DNA of 64,000 bases. Origin: Octopus vulgaris (taxonomy: Eukaryota). The stretch lies in the NCBI GenBank assembly GCA_951406725.2, contig OX597819.1, forward strand, positions 134,478,001 through 134,542,000. Reading direction: 5' to 3'. This document shows, piece after piece, positions 37,161 through 50,300 of this stretch; the first letter of the stretch is position 1; the number at the start of each line of letters is the position of its first letter. Position numbers and translations under genes: made by a program. The notes under the pieces were generated by a model. The model was not told the DNA's origin and did no database searches. It was given only the letters and a program-made list of their open reading frames with translations.

Positions 37161-38091
37161 GCCACATGGTGACATCTCTCTTGTCTCAGAAAAGGCTACA
37201 ATTTGATATAATTTCCTTTTCAGTTCTGTCCATTGATATTAAGGGATTAATTGATATTTTCATGAAGTAATTAAAGAGCAACCAACTTCAATTTAATGAC
37301 TAATTATCCTATTTCAAACCCTCGCCTCTGCTTCTTGTGTTACAGGAAGTCCTTTGTATCTTTGCAATTCTCTCTCCACTTCCTTTATTCCTTCAGAACT
37401 TCTCTTTAGATTCTCTTTATATTCCTCAACAATAATCTTCTGGTTTTGTTTTCCTAAAAGTCCTTCTCTTGTTGTTGTTGTTGTTGTAATACAAAGTAAT
37501 TAAAAAAAGAAAAAAGAAAACCATACCAAACAACCAAAAAAACAAACAAAAAAAACTGGGTGGGGTTGAAACCACAACACCAACACCACTACCAGCACCA
37601 CCACCAGCACTACTAGCACCAGCACCACAACTTTACTCTCTTTGACCACTTTCAAACACAGTATTGTGCTGTTATTGTGTCGCTGATCTACAAAATATCT
37701 TTATTATTATTATTATTGAAGTTGGTCTGTGAATCTAGAACAGATATTTTTGATCTCCTTTATCATTTCATATCAGTTGTTGTTGTTGTTGTTGTTTGCC
37801 TTCCTCAACATTAAACGTCTCAGCATTGAGCCAACTTCATCTTTTACACAGTTTTTCATTACATTTTATAAATATTCCAGTCCAACAACATAAACAACAA
37901 CGTAAAGCTCCCCCCCCCCCCGACTCATGCGAAGTAGTTTCTACACCCACATCTAAAACATCCAGTGTGTATAATTCTAAAGCTGCTCAATTGCAACGAA
38001 CTCCTCCTCTCAATAGCTTTATTTACAAAAATAACTATTCACCAAACTCAACCGTTACACGTAGTAGATACGCTGGCAGATGTGTGTATAG

Positions 38092-38122
<31 letters not shown>

Positions 38123-39149
38123 TGTATATGTATGAATATGTGTCTGTTTGCATGGGTGTGTGTGTGTGTGTCTTTATATATCTTGTTATTGTATATCGCT
38201 AGCTTCAGTCGTTAGATGTTGGTTATGTTCGGGTTCCATCTTCTGAGGGTGAAAACGATTATATCGGATTCAGTACTAATTTTGAAAACCCCGAGAAGAA
38301 GACATCGTGGGCCTGAGCGGAATTTGAACTCACAATTTGAAGCAACCTAATACCCGAAGACGTTGGCCAGTGTTATATCTCACTCTCTCTTGTGTGTGTG
38401 TGTGTGTGTACACACGCGTTCACGCACACTTGTAAATCTTTATGCATATATATATATATATATATATATATGAATGATATTTCTACCTGTTTACATCCTG
38501 ATTATTGTCATCGTCATTTTACATCCGCTTTCCACTCTGGTATGAGTTGGACTGGTTAGGGAACCACATTTCTCTTGTAAGTTTAATTTAGACTTAATTT
38601 TTTCTGCCAGGTGCCCTTCCCAACACTAAGAACTTTAGGCAATGGACCGGGTGCATATAAATGTATGTATTGTTTACTGTGCTTACACATATGTATATAT
38701 CTATCCATTCATACAAATATATATATGAGAGAGAGTGTGATGTGAAGAAAAGTAAGCAGAACCCATCCTCATTCTCACCAGCATCTTACGGTACAAGTGG
38801 TTCTCCACCCAAACACGGTGAACAATATCCTGGATCTCTGCTTCACAAATAATATGGAACTTCTTTATAATGTGAACGTGACACTGGTGCTTAGTATTGG
38901 ATCACAATGCAATAGAGCCTGACAATGTATGGCTGAAGGAAGCAGTAGGTATGCAGTCTATAAGAAGCATCCAGGCTCTATCCAGTCTGAACTCCTACAA
39001 AGCAAACTAGAAATTAATGTAGAAGGAGAGAATTGGTAGAACTGTGTCTCTACACCTGATATCTATAAGCAATTTATGTCAGTAATGCATAAAATTTGTC
39101 CTAGAGAGAAAAGTCGACTGCACAAGAACAAAATTCCCAGTAAGAGGAA

Positions 39150-40547
39150 AGTTCTTATGAAGAACAAGGGTTGCAAACCACCAAAATAAACAATCAAAAA
39201 TCTTGTCATAAAACGACACTGCTGGAGATTAAGAAAAATTTGCAATACTGCTCTGTAAAAGCGAGAGCAGAAAAAGAAGGCAGGGTTATACAAAATATAA
39301 AGCAAACCTTAAAGCTTTCTTTAAATATGCTAAAGAAACAGCCTCAGTGCATTGCAGAGTAGGATCATTCTTCCAAGTAAATGGCTCCCTAAACTTCAAG
39401 CCCCACTAGGATAAGCGAAATATTGAATATGCCTAAACTGGGCAACTAGCCCTAATGGATTCTCAGAAATCATTCTAAAAACAGCAGTCTGTCTTCCAGA
39501 GTTTTCTTGTAATTAGCAAACTTCTAAGTGTGTTAAAACAAGGCTTAACAATATCCCTATTTATAAAAGCAGAAACAGAGATGTTAAAAATTAAAGACTT
39601 ATCTCTAACTTCACAGCAGAGTCATAGAATGAAATGTCAGGAGGTAACTAATCACATTCCTTGAAGAAAATGACTTGCTATTTTACACCCAACATGGTTT
39701 TTGATCAGGAAGAACCTGTCTGACTCAGCTCCTACAACATTATGACTGGCTGTTAAAAAACTGTTGTGCAGCTATTCAAATTATGTGGATATATTTATCT
39801 TAGTTTTGCAAAAGCCTTTGATAAAGTTAGTCATACATGATCAAGGCATAGTTGGAAAGCTTGGAGAATGGCTGCATGACTTTTAAAAGTTAGAAGTCAG
39901 TCAGTAATAGCCAATGGTACCATCTCCCAGGAAATGATGATAGTGAGTGGAGTCCCACAGGGTACTGATTGGGATCACTGCTGTTTTATAGTGGCTCTCT
40001 CAGATATGCCATCAGCTATACAGTCAGCCATCTATGCTAGCAATGCAGACAATAAGAAAGTATCACAGGTGATAAAAAGCTTGTTACACACCTGCAACAT
40101 AACCTAAAGGCTTTTTATAAGTTGACTGAAGAAAATGATAAGCAATTTAATGCTGAAAGGTTCCAAGCCCTCCACTGTCAGCACAAAAAGTTAAATGCAA
40201 TGCAGACAAAATACTCTGCAGTGGAGGGACTGCAGTCTCAACATCACTGTCAGTACATGACCTGGGCAGAAACATGAGTAATGAAGCGATGTCGATGGAT
40301 GGAAAAAAAACTCAGAAAAAGAGGGCAGGAGACTACGATGGTCTTCTGGAGACCGTCTCCCAATTGTGGTTACCACATAATGTAAAATTAATGGCAGAAC
40401 TTGAAGCAATCTAATGAGGATTGTCTTGGTGCAGCAGATCAGCTACTGGGAAAACAGTTAAGACTCTGCTTCCTAGAGCAAAGACAGGAAAGATAGACAA
40501 TATGTCTGGAAGGATTTGTACTAAACTTTGGCATTAAAAGCTATGCT
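39150..40547 (+). mobile_element. Decayed CR1-group LINE RT region (intronic)
   Basis: QHGF..GR.CLTQLL, FAKAFDKV, VSGVPQGT and ADN(K) remnants with frameshifts. Confidence 0.8.
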
Positions 40548-40647
40548 NNNNNNNNNNNNNNNNNNNNNNNNNNNNNNNNNNNNNNNNNNNNNNNNNNNNN
40601 NNNNNNNNNNNNNNNNNNNNNNNNNNNNNNNNNNNNNNNNNNNNNNN
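40548..40647. other. Assembly gap (100 N)
   Basis: Run of N; true size unknown. Confidence 0.99.
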
Positions 40648-42017
40648 TATCTCAGAGCAAGATGAAAATCGTTCCAGCAGTGACTAGTGAGAGCACTAGA
40701 TGCATTTGGCCCTTGTCAGTGGCATATAAACATGGTCAGCCACATGTTTAAACAAGATTTGCTACCTCCAGTGTATGGAGGTTTAATAAAAGCACAAAAT
40801 AAGAAATAATGAAAAGAAAAATTTTATTTTTCTGAATGTACATATAATGCCATTTTATTTCATTAAGTTTAAAAAATTAAGTCAAATTTTCATTATTTCT
40901 TATTTTGTACTTTTATTAAGCCTCCAAATGTGTCAGATCATTTTGGTCCACTCTGTATATAGGAAAACAAGGAATAACCTTTTACTGGTATTGTGGATAG
41001 CCACTTAGCTGAATAAAGATCCAGTATTTACAATAGAAACTTTATTAAATATTATAAAACTCATTTGTGCATCATACTTAGTGTTAATACATCAATATAT
41101 TTACATTAAGTATGATATGGAGATAGCTATTTTCATTCAATTCTGCTTCTATTAAATAAAATGGATTTCGAAATTTTCTCTTTTGGTCCCTAGACCTCAA
41201 ACTAAAAATTCTTGAACATTTTTGTTAAATGCTATGTTTTTAACATCTCTGTGACACATTGCCAAGGCTTATTAGAATTAGTGTATTCATATTCAGTAAC
41301 CTTATAATCCCCACTAAATACTTAAGCTTTGTGGGATTTGACTATTTCACTCATGAAAGGGAAGATGGTTTCAGTTGTTCTCCTAATTCATTTTCTTGAT
41401 GTTTCATCAATCTTTGAGGTATTATAGTAAAAACCTATTGCTTTCTCATCAAAACAGGAGCATATCTTTGCTACGTTTTCTCAGTTGTTTGTATTAAACA
41501 TTTTAAATAAATTTATCATAACTTTGTGTGATTGAATTGGTAAATAATAACAGGATAAAGCCTTACCTCAGTTGTCGTTGTTGTTGCTCTGCAAGAATTT
41601 CTGGCAGTGTGTGAAGAGAAACATTTTCATTTATTCTTAATTGTTACCCACTCTAGTGTTAGTCACTACGTAATTCTGCTAATCCCCAGAATATGGATAA
41701 ATCCATTGACCTCCTTATCTCACCTCATATTGTTTTCTTCTCTCATCTTTCTGTATTTGCCCATCTCTTCTAAAGATCACATCACACAATCACAAGCTAA
41801 TAAAAATATTAACAAACAAATCAATAAGATCCCATTTCTAGGCAAACATCCACAACAATCAACAATGGAAAATCTGGTGTAACACTCATCATCCCTCCTC
41901 ACCAACACCTAATTTTATAGTCATTTGTCCACCGAGATATCTTTCTCTGTCACTTTCTTATGGCTACTCTGTGACACTTGTTTTCATCATCTGTCGTCAT
42001 CAGCCTCATCTGCTAAT

Positions 42018-42225
42018 CATCATCATCATTTAACGTCCGTTTTCCGTGCTAGCACGGGTTGGACGGTTCGACTGGGGTCTGGGAAGCCAGGAGGCAGCAC
42101 CAGGCTCTAGTCTGATCTGGCAATGTTTCTACAGCTGGATGCCCTTCCTAACGCCAACCACTCCATGAGTGTAGTGGGTGCTTTTTACGTGCCACCGGCA
42201 CAGGTGCCAGGGGAGCCTGTGCCGG
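42018..42225 (-). mobile_element. RTE 3' tail, intronic
   Basis: (CAT)n TTAACGTCCGTTTTCC...GGATGCCCTTCCTAACGCCAACC. Confidence 0.85.
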
Positions 42226-42491
42226 TGATAGCAATTGAATAAAAGAGCAAATAGACATATGAGCCGTTAGCAATAAAGCCAGTAAGACTAGATTATGAAC
42301 AGATTGCACATGATTTAAAATTCTTTTAGGGTTATGTTCTATAGCCCCTGTCATGTCGATTGCTTTTTTGATATCATTTTAAACTCATTACAGTTGTCTG
42401 ATATTTGTTCACATTGATTTAGTCAATTGTTACCAATTTGATATAATACTTTAAAATTACTCAATAATAATGATTTTTAATTATCATTTAG

Positions 42492-42669
42492 GACAATTAT
42501 CAAAAAGTTCAAAGCAATGAATCTAAACACAAAAGACCAAGGAAGAAACCTAAACCAGCTGCTCTCACAAAGACAAAGAGTAAAAAGAAGAAGAAGAAAA
42601 ATCAACGTTGCAATGTCCGTCCACAAGAATCTGTTCGTCGTGCTGAGAGGCTGGAGAACACTGAACCAG
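42492..42669 (+). CDS. INO80D: INO80 complex subunit D, internal exon (basic region)
   Basis: AG/GT bounded, phase 0 to 1; DNYQKVQSNESKHKRPRKKPKPAALTKTKSKKKKKK...RPQ resembles the INO80D motif RKPRKKTKPPALTKKHKKKRRRGPRRPQ as I recall it. Confidence 0.85.
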
Positions 42670-43416
42670 GTGAGGACTTGCTATCTTTTAGTCATAGAGT
42701 TTCTTAAAAGAGAGAACTGTTCAGTTTACTACTTAAAACTTTTGCCTAAATCTTTATCTGTGAATTTTGTCAATTGCTATTCATGGCTTTAGAGTTGAAT
42801 AACAAAATGCATTGTCCTTTGGATTCAAAGCACCAATTTCAGATGAAACCTTTTTCTACAGAAATATTGCTTAGAGAACCTCTTCATAATTAGCAAAGAA
42901 CAAGGAACTGTATTATGCCTTTTTCTAAGCAGTATTTTTTTAAAAAATGCACAAGGATTATGGTGTTTCATTTTCACCAATAACGTAGAGGTTGTCTTCT
43001 AGAATTAAGATCTGCTTTTTGCTGTAGGTAGTTGAACCTCTTTCAAAAACCTGTTGAAGTCAAGGAATGTAGAATGTGTTATGTCTATAAAGATCATTCT
43101 GATTGTTAAATTTAACATTAATAAAAAAAATACTTGGTTTCAGAATATACTTTCCAACACGAGAAAGATTTTTATACTTCTGTAAAAAATATTGTTTGAA
43201 GGCCACAATATTTCAATATATGGGGTCATTGGACTTAAAGCAAATTAGCTAAGAAAATTATCTCTGCCAACTGCAGCATGTATTAGAGAGGGGAAGACAA
43301 GCTTTTTGATAGTCGATTAGAATGTTTACAAGTTGAAATTTTTTAAGAATAAAGTTATGCATGAGTTATTTTTGTATTAAATGGAAATTGCATTTTCGGA
43401 TGAATGTTTTGTTCAG

Positions 43417-43632
43417 TTTCAGTGGATGAGTCACCAAATATTGTTGCCTCTGCATCTAGTGCAACTGCCAATAATGCTACTGCTGCAGCTAAAACTGTGG
43501 TCACTACAAGCCAGTCTTCAATTCCACCAATTACTACCGCTGTACTTGACACATCTAGTATACTTCAGGATTCTCTTCTAAGTGCACCAGAAAAGACTGG
43601 TAATTTATTACCAAACTTACCTCCCCCAAAAC
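43417..43632 (+). CDS. INO80D: INO80D internal exon (alternative in-frame acceptor at 43423)
   Basis: Phase 1 to 1, open frame VSVDESPNIV...NLPPPK, donor C|GTAAGA. Confidence 0.8.
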
Positions 43633-44638
43633 GTAAGAAATAAATAGTCTTAAATTATTACTTTTCATTATCTCTTATAATTTCCAACATGTATTTTTTT
43701 TACTTTTCCTCACAGAGTACAAGGCAAACAACCATAAATAGAAAGTAAGATGCAGATCACTTGTATGCTTTCTATAATGTTACTTTAAAGGTAGTGAGCT
43801 GACAGAATTGTTACCATGCCAGACAAAATGCTTTGGTTCATTTCTTCTAACTTGGTTCTGGGTTCAAATTTTACTGAGGTCAATTTTACTTTTCATAAGT
43901 ACCAGTTGAATACTGAGATTAATGTAATTGACATATTTTGCTCCCCTAAAATTTCAGTAGAAGGGATTTTTAATGTTATTTAACCAACATTTTCTTTGTA
44001 CTCTGTGTTATTCTCTAGTTATCTCTCCCTCTCTCTCATACATTCATGGATATCTATGTTGCATGGGTATAATCCATGTGCGGAAAGTCTGTGTTTACGA
44101 TGTAATGTATGAAAGTATGTCTCTCTACATTCTTTAAAGTGTTCTATGGAACCCTATTTCCTCTTGCAAATCTATTGTTTCTGTCTATCTACTTTGTTCT
44201 CCCACCACCAGCATTACTTGGAAAACGGTTAAGGATTCACAAGAAAAGCATCCAACCATCAAAATCTACCAAAGTCTTGCTTGCATAGCAATACAAATGT
44301 TAAATGAAACAAAGGATATGGACATAACAATGATGATCTGTATGTTGTGTATACACATGCATACACACACGCATCTGTGTGTGTATGTGTCACCCGCTCC
44401 TTGCCTTGACATTACATGGTAGTTGTGTCAGCGTCACATAAGCAATGTTCTTTGTTTCTAATCTTCTGAGACATGTCTCACCCATTTCCTTATCTGGAAA
44501 CGTAGGAGGGTTGACATCTGGAAGGGCATTTTTGTTTTAATGAGAATGGCATTCAAAAAGTATGTTTTATTGTTTGAGTTAATAAGATATTTTGATGATA
44601 TAATAGCCACTGTATATAATTAATTAAATATTTTTCAG

Positions 44639-44797
44639 GGACATCTATTTCTCTACACCTCCCCATGGATCTTCCTCCCGTCACAACTAGTTCAGCTGTT
44701 GGTTCCAGTGCAGAGCTTAATCATATTGACTTTGCTAAATTAAGTAAAAATTTCCAGGACCTTGGATCTGTTCTAGATGGTGGTGGATTTTCTCCAG
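44639..44797 (+). CDS. INO80D: INO80D internal exon
   Basis: TTTTTCAG acceptor, 159 bp phase 1 to 1, RTSISLHLPMDLPP...DGGGFSP, donor G|GTAATT. Confidence 0.8.
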
Positions 44798-45337
44798 GTA
44801 ATTGATTCTTCTCTATATTTCAGTTTAGTTAAATTTTATTTCCGAGCTTTTGGGGTGGGGTGGGGTGGGGGTTGTATCATCTATATTTGTACAAAGAAAT
44901 TTCATGTTTTTATAATATTTAGTTTTTTGAACTCCTTTATTTTGTAGTTTAAATAGAGAAAATATTTTTTCTGTGAGTTCTCCATTATAGTCTAATTCCT
45001 TTTGGTATGAGTGTGTTTATTCTTTCCAACTTGACTTTATTTGTATTAATTTTGTTATAATTATTTCTCTAATTAACTTCATTTTCTATATTGACCCATT
45101 CCACTCCTTATCTCCTTTACATTTAACATTGTTGCTGCATCATACAGTCACTAGTATAACCACTGTAATCTATATAAATATATACACATGCTTTTAACAC
45201 TTTTGCAATTATTCTTGAAAAACCAATCTTAATCTTATTTTTACAAATGGGTTGAATATATTTATTTGAAGCTTATGTTTAAAGTAAAGTTGCTTTGGAA
45301 ATGTTTAATGAATAAATGTTATTCCTTCTTTTTGTAG

Positions 45338-45442
45338 ACTCCATAGATAAATCCTTTGAGTTGCCACTTGATCAGGCATCCAAGCTCCTAGAACAAGATT
45401 TACAAGAGGTTTTCAACAATGATACATTTGACATATTTTCAG
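45338..45442 (+). CDS. INO80D: INO80D internal exon
   Basis: 105 bp phase 1 to 1; DSIDKSFELPLDQASKLLEQDLQEVFNNDTFDIFSG, similar to the INO80D DFQDVL..DFDFFEG segment as recalled. Confidence 0.85.
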
Positions 45443-45587
45443 GTAAATATCAGCAATCATTCCATTGTTCTGTCATCGTGATTTTTAAAGCTAATATTCA
45501 ATAAAAGTTTTATATTTCCTTCAAAGTAAATCATGAAAAGACAAAAAACTTGAATTTTTTTCTCTTTTTCTGCTTTCTTTACAACAG

Positions 45588-46849
45588 GCCGAAATGGAGA
45601 ATATGATCCTACAAAGGAAGAATCTGAAGATCTTGAACGTGCATTAGCAGCAGCTTATAAAGATATTCGGGATGCTAAAGAAAAGCTTGATAAATTGTCC
45701 AGAGTTGGTGATCAATCTTCCCAGTTGATGGATGTTAATGATGAAGAATGGACCAAACATATTGCAGATTCACTTTTGAATTCTGTCCAGCCTAATACAG
45801 TTCCTGTCACTGCCACTACTTTGACTACTGGGAATGGTCTAGCTTCAGAGCTTATGAAAGATAATTTGAATGTTCTTGATAGTTCTGATTTAACAGCTAA
45901 TTCTCTGCCTATGTCTGGTCAAGTGATCAACCAGCCAGTTGGTTCCATTACAACTGCTACATCAAATGGAGGAACTTCAGTTTTGCCATATGGTTGGATT
46001 AATTTCAACATGGCCTCAGTGCCATCATCCCTTTCAGATCAACCATTGTCAAATTGTAACAACCTCTTTATTAATAGTAAGCATCTACCACTAGCATCCA
46101 CTCAATCTATAGCTTCAGATTTGGCCTTAACATCTTCTCAACAACTTTCAACAAATGTTTCACACCTTTCCTCTTCAATATACAGGTCTGCTTCAAACAA
46201 TCGAACTGTTTTGACTACCACTTCTAAAGAAACAGCCATAGAAGGAAACACTTCACTTGGAGGCATGGCACCTCAGCAGGTTTCTGTTGAGCCAAAGCCT
46301 TTGTCTTCATCTGAATCTTCACTAGCAGCTGCAACATCACAACAAGCTAATTGCCAAGAAGCAACACGAACCATTTCTGCCCATGCTGCAGCAGTCACAT
46401 CAGCTCAAACTGGTTTGTCAGCTCATGTAAACATCAACACCCAAACCTCAACTCAGTTGACTACCACTAGTATTCAGATGCCATCTTCTCAAACTGCCAT
46501 TCTTCCAACATTATTGTCAATGCAAAGTGGCTCTATTCGGCCTGGAATCTGGTCCGCTGGTGGAGTGACTGCTGGAATCCCTATTCACTATTACAATGGC
46601 TTGCCTTCATCAGGAAGAATACCATTTGTTCAGAACATGGATTCTGGACCTCCGCCTGGCAGCTCTGCTAAATTTCAGTTAAATTCACACTTAGATTCAG
46701 GGGAATATAAACAAGATTTGACATTTACTTCATTACCACATTCCATGGGGACTTCCCATGGGGGAGCCCAAAGAACACGGACTGAAAAGAATCAAGGAGC
46801 AAAACCTGGCTCTATAACACAATTGAACTCATCTGGGGAAAATACATAG
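45588..46849 (+). CDS. INO80D: INO80D terminal coding exon (Ser/Thr-rich C-terminus)
   Basis: Strong polypyrimidine acceptor; GRNGEYDPTKEESEDLERALAAA resembles INO80D GKNGDLLPTTEEAEELERALQAV; open to TAG at 46847-46849. Confidence 0.88.
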
Positions 46850-47355
46850 CAGTGAATGTGATATTTGTATTTCAGTGCTGTGTCCGATTGGTCAACACCA
46901 TCATCCACCTCCAGGTGCCTATATCATGCAGTTTTATCTGTTGTAACTTTTCATCTCCCCACTATTTCTTTCTCAATCTTAGTTAATGTGTAAGACTACA
47001 GGAGACAGCCATGATAAATTTATTGATATTCACACATAACTTTTCTTTAGTTCTAAAGAACAAAGAAGACGATTATCCTTAACTTCTAGTCTTACTATCA
47101 ATATTTGAGATCTTTAATTGATAAAAGTAAAAACTACAAACCCAAACTGAGCAGAGGAAATATACAAGTAACACAATGAATATATTTAAAGGAAACAAAA
47201 TGGGGGAAAGTGTTTAATCAGAAAAGAATAAAAAGACAAACTTAACAATTAAGAAATGCTTCACCACATCATTCTTCATCATTGTAAATATCTTCACATT
47301 TTTTCATATCTTTACATACTGCACATAGACACTTTCTATGTATACACACATACAC

Positions 47356-47386
<31 letters not shown>

Positions 47387-50300
47387 AGAACTGTGTGTAT
47401 GTGTGTGTGTGAGAACTGTGTGTATGTGAACTGTGTGTGTATATGTGTGTGAGTATTTAAATGCATACAAACATGTAATACATACACATTTATGATTGTG
47501 CATATATGTATATATATTCCAGGTGGTTTGGGCCCTTCAAAGCAAATCAATTAAATACAACCTATTTTGCTAATATCTGCTATGTTTGAAGCGACTGGAA
47601 TACACTAAGGGGACTCTGTTATTGTGGTTTGTGTTTAAATGTATTATCATATCATGAAAGGTTGAAGAAAACAAGCTATTTCATCAGTAGCTCAGTTCAT
47701 TCTTACTGTATTTCACAGGGAGCATAAGATGACTAAAACCAAGTGTAGCACATATTGACCCCTTCCCCTCTGTCTCTTCTTGCTAACCTCTGCTCCTTTT
47801 ATCCAAATTTACTGGGTATATGGATACTGTAATAAACTAATTTGCAAAAAACAAAAATGGAAAAAAAAAAATGAAAAAAGAAAAAGAAAAAAAAAAAGAA
47901 GTATAAAAAAAATACAAAAAATAATCCCACCCCTATTTATGTATTTATCATAGTGTAAAGAAAAATTGAATTCAATAATTTATTTGGCAACTTTCTTTCT
48001 CACCGTTTGTGACCTTCTTTCATTACTCACAGTACCTCAGTGTTTTGTCATGAGCTGCATTGGAACTGATGTTAGTATTTGTCGACATATTTTCTCTTGA
48101 GAAAAGCAAAGCCCCACCAAAATTGTCATTTAATACAACTTCTATTCGAAATGGAGGTTTGGGGCTTTCTGACAGTCACCGTTAGGCTGTGAGACACTAC
48201 TGGAAAATGTTTCTATTTAATCTGTCTATCTATCTATCTATTCATCATCACCATCATCATCAGTTGTCATCACTGCTTAGCTATTAAATTAGGAATAAAT
48301 GCTATTTCCTAGGTATTTTCTTTCATTTTATTCTTCTTTTAAAATAAGATTTGTAAGCATTTTAAAATTAATTTCTAACTTCAACTTTTACTACTACTAC
48401 TACCACCACCATCAGTCAAGTACTAGGATTGATTTAATCGACTAATCCTCTTTCCCTAAAGTTGTTGGCCTTGCACCTCAATCAGACACACTTATTATAG
48501 ATTGATAGAATTGGAAGAGCATCAAACAAAATACTTTGTGGTATTTAGTTTGAGCTCTTTACATTTTGGTTTCAAATCCTGCCAATGTCAACTTTGCCTT
48601 TCATCTTTCCAGGGTTGATAAAGAAGTCAAAGATACCAACTGACCCTTTTCTCCTCAGAATTGCTGGCCTTAATCTAAATTAGAAACCATTATTAAGAAG
48701 GCAGTGAATTAGCAGAATTGTTGTTAGAGCACCACCACCACCACCAGGGGGTTAAAATGTTTGCTCGAGTTTAATTGTGGCTCTTTTCATTCTGGGTTTG
48801 AATCTTGCCATGGCTGACTTTGCCTTTCGTCCTTCCAGGGTTGATAAAATAAAGGACCAGCTAAGTGCTGGGGTCAACAGTATTGACTTATCCCCATTCC
48901 CTCAAAATTACTGGCCTTCTTCCTAAATTAGAAACCATTATTATTATTATTTTTTTTTTTTATTAAAGTACTGTAATTTCCATTGTTTTCAGACACACTT
49001 CTTTACTGAATCATTTCAGTTAATTTTATTTTGATTAACATTTTTTTCTGAAAAATTTATTTCAATATTAATTTACTCTCTAAAAAGTTAGTTCCTTTTT
49101 ATTTTTTTTTAACATAATTATGTCAATGGATCTCTAAGCCCATATCTTTTCTTTTCGTCTTATTTATCAAAGTACTTAGTGATGGAGTAATTTACTTTCT
49201 AACACCAATGGACAAATTATGAATATTTAAATAATGTGACATAATATATAATGCATTCAGCTTTTATCATTCAATAAATTTTTTTTTTTGGCTAAAATAA
49301 TGGAAATAATGCAAAAAAATATTTTTAATATTCCATATTGATATCTATATATTTAAAAATATTTTTAATATTGTATTTCTAGTTATATAATTAATTCATA
49401 AATGTAATGCATCCCTTGATTGCCGTAATATTATGATATTCTTTCTTCCTTCTACACAAATTGAATAAAAATAATTTATTTTCTTAATAAATATTAGAGG
49501 GGCAAAATCAGTAACATTTTCCAAGTAGATGTTTGTATCTGAAAGGAAACTTTTAATGTCAGTTTTCGGCATCAGCTTCATTAATATATGTTTTTCTGTG
49601 CCCCACACTCTTCTCCCAGCTTCTGTTCCTAATGATTATCACCTTATTGACATTAAATATCTTAACAGAATTATTTTTTGGTCACATTTATTTTTCCTCA
49701 CTGTCTTGTGTTTCTAATATATTTCTTCACATTTTATTATTTGCAAAAAAAAAACAAAACAAAAAAGAAACAAAAACAAAAAAAAAACTTCCTGCCAATT
49801 ATTATTGCACTGTTACAAGCATAGCCCTTTAGTGTACTTTATACTACAGCTTTTTTTTTCCCATAATTATTTTATTTTATTTGTTTTTGTATGAGGGATA
49901 GTGGAGATGCAATAAATAGGTTACAAAGTTTATTAAATCCCTTTTGTTGCTTCTTCAGTCTCTGTTATCTAGTTGTAAATCTGCCATGAAATAACTAATG
50001 TTTTCAGAAGCACACAGTTAATTATTGTTTTTAACTGACAAACTATTTCGAAATTGTCATTTGTTTAATGTCATAAATAAATATCATTTCCATTCTCTCT
50101 GCATGTTTTTCTTTCCCATTTTAAGGTGATGAACTTTTCATTTTAAAACTGACGACGAAAGACTAAAATACTTGCTGCAAGAGCTTTTGCTATTTTGTGA
50201 GTTGTTCTCCCATACCCTCCTTGTCTCTTGTCTCTTGTCTCACCAAATGAAATGTGTTATATGAATTATTATTATTATTATTATTATTGCAAATAGTTAA

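Noticed and set aside
42517-42792. Track ORF MNLNTKDQ... as the coding frame
   Set aside because: Wrong frame; the spliced phase-0 frame from 42492 gives the INO80D motif.
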